A stretch of DNA of 64,000 nucleotides from Raillietiella orientalis. Lineage: Eukaryota. The translations under genes and the position numbers were made by a program. The stretch lies in the NCBI GenBank assembly GCA_036172245.1, contig JAYWIR010000009.1:1426001-1490000 (forward strand), written 5' to 3'. The notes under the pieces were generated by a model. The model had not been told where the DNA came from. It made no database searches and worked only from the letters and a program-made list of their open reading frames with translations. This document shows, piece after piece, positions 62,001 through 64,000 of the stretch (positions are counted from its first letter, which is position 1; each line of letters begins with the position of its first letter).

Positions 62001-64000
62001 CGCGCGCCCGCGCAGAAGAAAACAAAAACAAAAAGAGAGAGAGAGGGAACCACGTGACTGCGCCCGCGTTTTAAGGCGCGCGCGCGCGCGCGCCTCCACC
62101 CGCGATGACGTCCGGCCGCGGACGCCTCCAGACTGAAGGGACGCCCGGCGTCCCCAGGTGCCACCCGTTCTCGGATCCGCGGCGCCGAGCGCGCCTGCGC
62201 GCGAAAGCGTGTCGGGGTGGGAAGCGCGCGCTCTTCGAACACGTGCAGGCGCGGGCTCTTCCGCTCGCACCCGGCACACGCGCGCGTTCGCCAAAAAGAA
62301 CGCCCGCGCCTGCGTGCAAGCACGTCCACCCCCGCGCGCGCACGCGTGCACGCATGCTGGGTGTCATCATCATCACACGTGTGCACACGCGCGCGGAACG
62401 GAGGGCGCAGACGGAAGCGCCCGAATGGTGTGCCCGATCACGCACGCCTGCACCCAGGCGCACCGCATGCCACCGCCGCCGCGGTGCGTCGTCCCGCGCG
62501 GGAGGAGCGCCTCCGTGGCGCATCGCCCGTGCCTGGCGACGGACGCTGAGGGTATCCCTTCCCCCGCCTCGTCCCTGCGTTCCAGAGAACTTTCCGGAAG
62601 CACGCGGTTGCTCCGCCGAGCCCGAGACTTTCTGGGTTTTCTGATTTTTTTTTTTTTTTTTTTTCTTTTCGCTCGCCGCATCGGGAGGCGCCCGAGCACG
62701 CCTTCTCCAAGATGGCGGAGCAGCCGCGTGCTGTGACAAACGGCTTCCTGAAGGGAAGCGACCCTCCGCGCGGGCTGTCGGCAGGCTGGCTGGTTTCGGC
62801 CGTACCTCCGGCACACTCGCTCCTCCCCTTTCCGACAGCGTGACGGCCTTCCGCACCCCGGCACGAGACCGCTGCTCCGGAGGCAGGGAGGGAGGCTCCG
62901 TGGTCACCAGTCGAGGGAGAGCTCTCCGCGAGAGAAGACGACCCTCGTTAGTGCCTCCAATCCTCCCGCGCCGCCGCCTCGCCCGCGGGCGCGAGGCAGC
63001 GGAGGTCCGAGCTCGGTTCTCCCCGCTCCCGTCTTTTGTTCCGCGGGCTCCAAGCCGGGCGACCGGTCACTCAGGAGAGGGAGGCGCCGGACTCGCCCGG
63101 GGGGATGTTCCCAAGGCAGCACCTCCGATGGGAGGTAAGGATGCACCCGGCCTCTGCAACTCGAGTCGTCGCTGCGAAGAGCCCCTTCGTCCCTGGCAAG
63201 AGGATGAGGCCGTTCCCTCCGTTGCTGGGAAACCGCGACGAGAAGCACCGGTGAAGCTGCACGAGAGGGAGCGGAAAGAGCGCGCCGTTCTTCAGTGATG
63301 CCTTTCTTCGGTCCGTCCGCCACCACCGGAACGAAAAGTCCTTTAGGTCAATGGCTTCCGTGCACTTCCCACTCTTGAGCTGGTGGGACGCAGGGAGCTT
63401 TGAGGACCAGGGAAGGCGGCGATCCACCTGGCAAGTGTGGTCACCCACACGTGTGGCGACTCCCCTAGAAACTCCTGCGTAATCTCCGGTGTGCACCGGG
63501 TGGTTAAGAGGGAGGACGTGAGGCGAACGCACCTTACCTTTCCGACAGGCTGTCTGCGAGCGGACGGGAGCGGACAGGCTCTCTGGGAGCTCCTTCCCAT
63601 CTCCCATCTTCTCAGCTGCCGACTGGACCCGACGGTTTTCCGGCAGCTCCGCGCGCTGACGCGTCTTCCATTTCCTCCGCTGCTTCGAGTAGCAGCTTCC
63701 GAACCGGCTGGGGGTCCCTCGTCCCTTCTGCCGGGAGGCCTGGGGAGAGGACCCCTCGGCCACCACCCTCCGTTCACCCACCCACTCTTGGGCCCGCTGC
63801 TGCTGCCTCGCGCGCGCGCTCGCCTCACCACCGAGGACCGAACCGCCGCCGCCATCATAAATTTAGGTAGGTCGCGCTCCCGTTCTCGGAAGGCGAATCA
63901 CGGATCCGTCTCCATCCCCCTCGCGAGACCGCGGTCGAGAGTCGCCATCTTGCATTTTACTCTGCTGGAAGGATGACGTCAGAGGAACGGAGCCGTTCGC

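Noticed and set aside
25000..64000. Numerous long (200-578 aa) overlapping ORFs rich in R/G/P/A/S
   Set aside because: They occur in several frames on both strands because stop codons are rare at very high GC. They run through homopolymers and microsatellites and have no domain motifs outside the TCF exons.
1..64000. CRISPR array, operon or prokaryotic defence system
   Set aside because: No regularly spaced repeats with unique spacers; the window is intron-containing animal DNA

Overview
This is eukaryotic animal genomic DNA, probably an invertebrate and likely an ecdysozoan or arthropod, not prokaryotic DNA. Two multi-exon genes can be reconstructed with consistent GT-AG junctions and reading frame. 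(1) A plus-strand cadherin with about 14 EC repeats (Cad88C/CDH23-like, ~11.15-20.79 kb, 18 exons, mostly 39-77 nt introns) lies in an AT-rich, CpG-poor block. (2) A minus-strand TCF/pangolin Wnt effector gene (27,615-49,607) encodes a beta-catenin-binding N-terminus, HMG box, basic tail and C-clamp, and lies in a very GC- and CpG-rich, simple-repeat-laden block. Main observations: the TCF gene carries two tandem, phase-incompatible (mutually exclusive) copies of the exon encoding the second half of the HMG box; bipartite TCF HMG+Helper sites flank its exon 4, suggesting autoregulation; complementary (CA)n/(UG)n tracts flank one of the alternative exons; and ~3.3 kb upstream of TCF there is a ~80 bp fossil of a bacterial IS5-family transposase resembling endosymbiont (Wolbachia-type) elements. 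Most long ORFs in the supplied track between 25 and 64 kb are GC-content artefacts. I found no rRNA, tRNA or CRISPR array.
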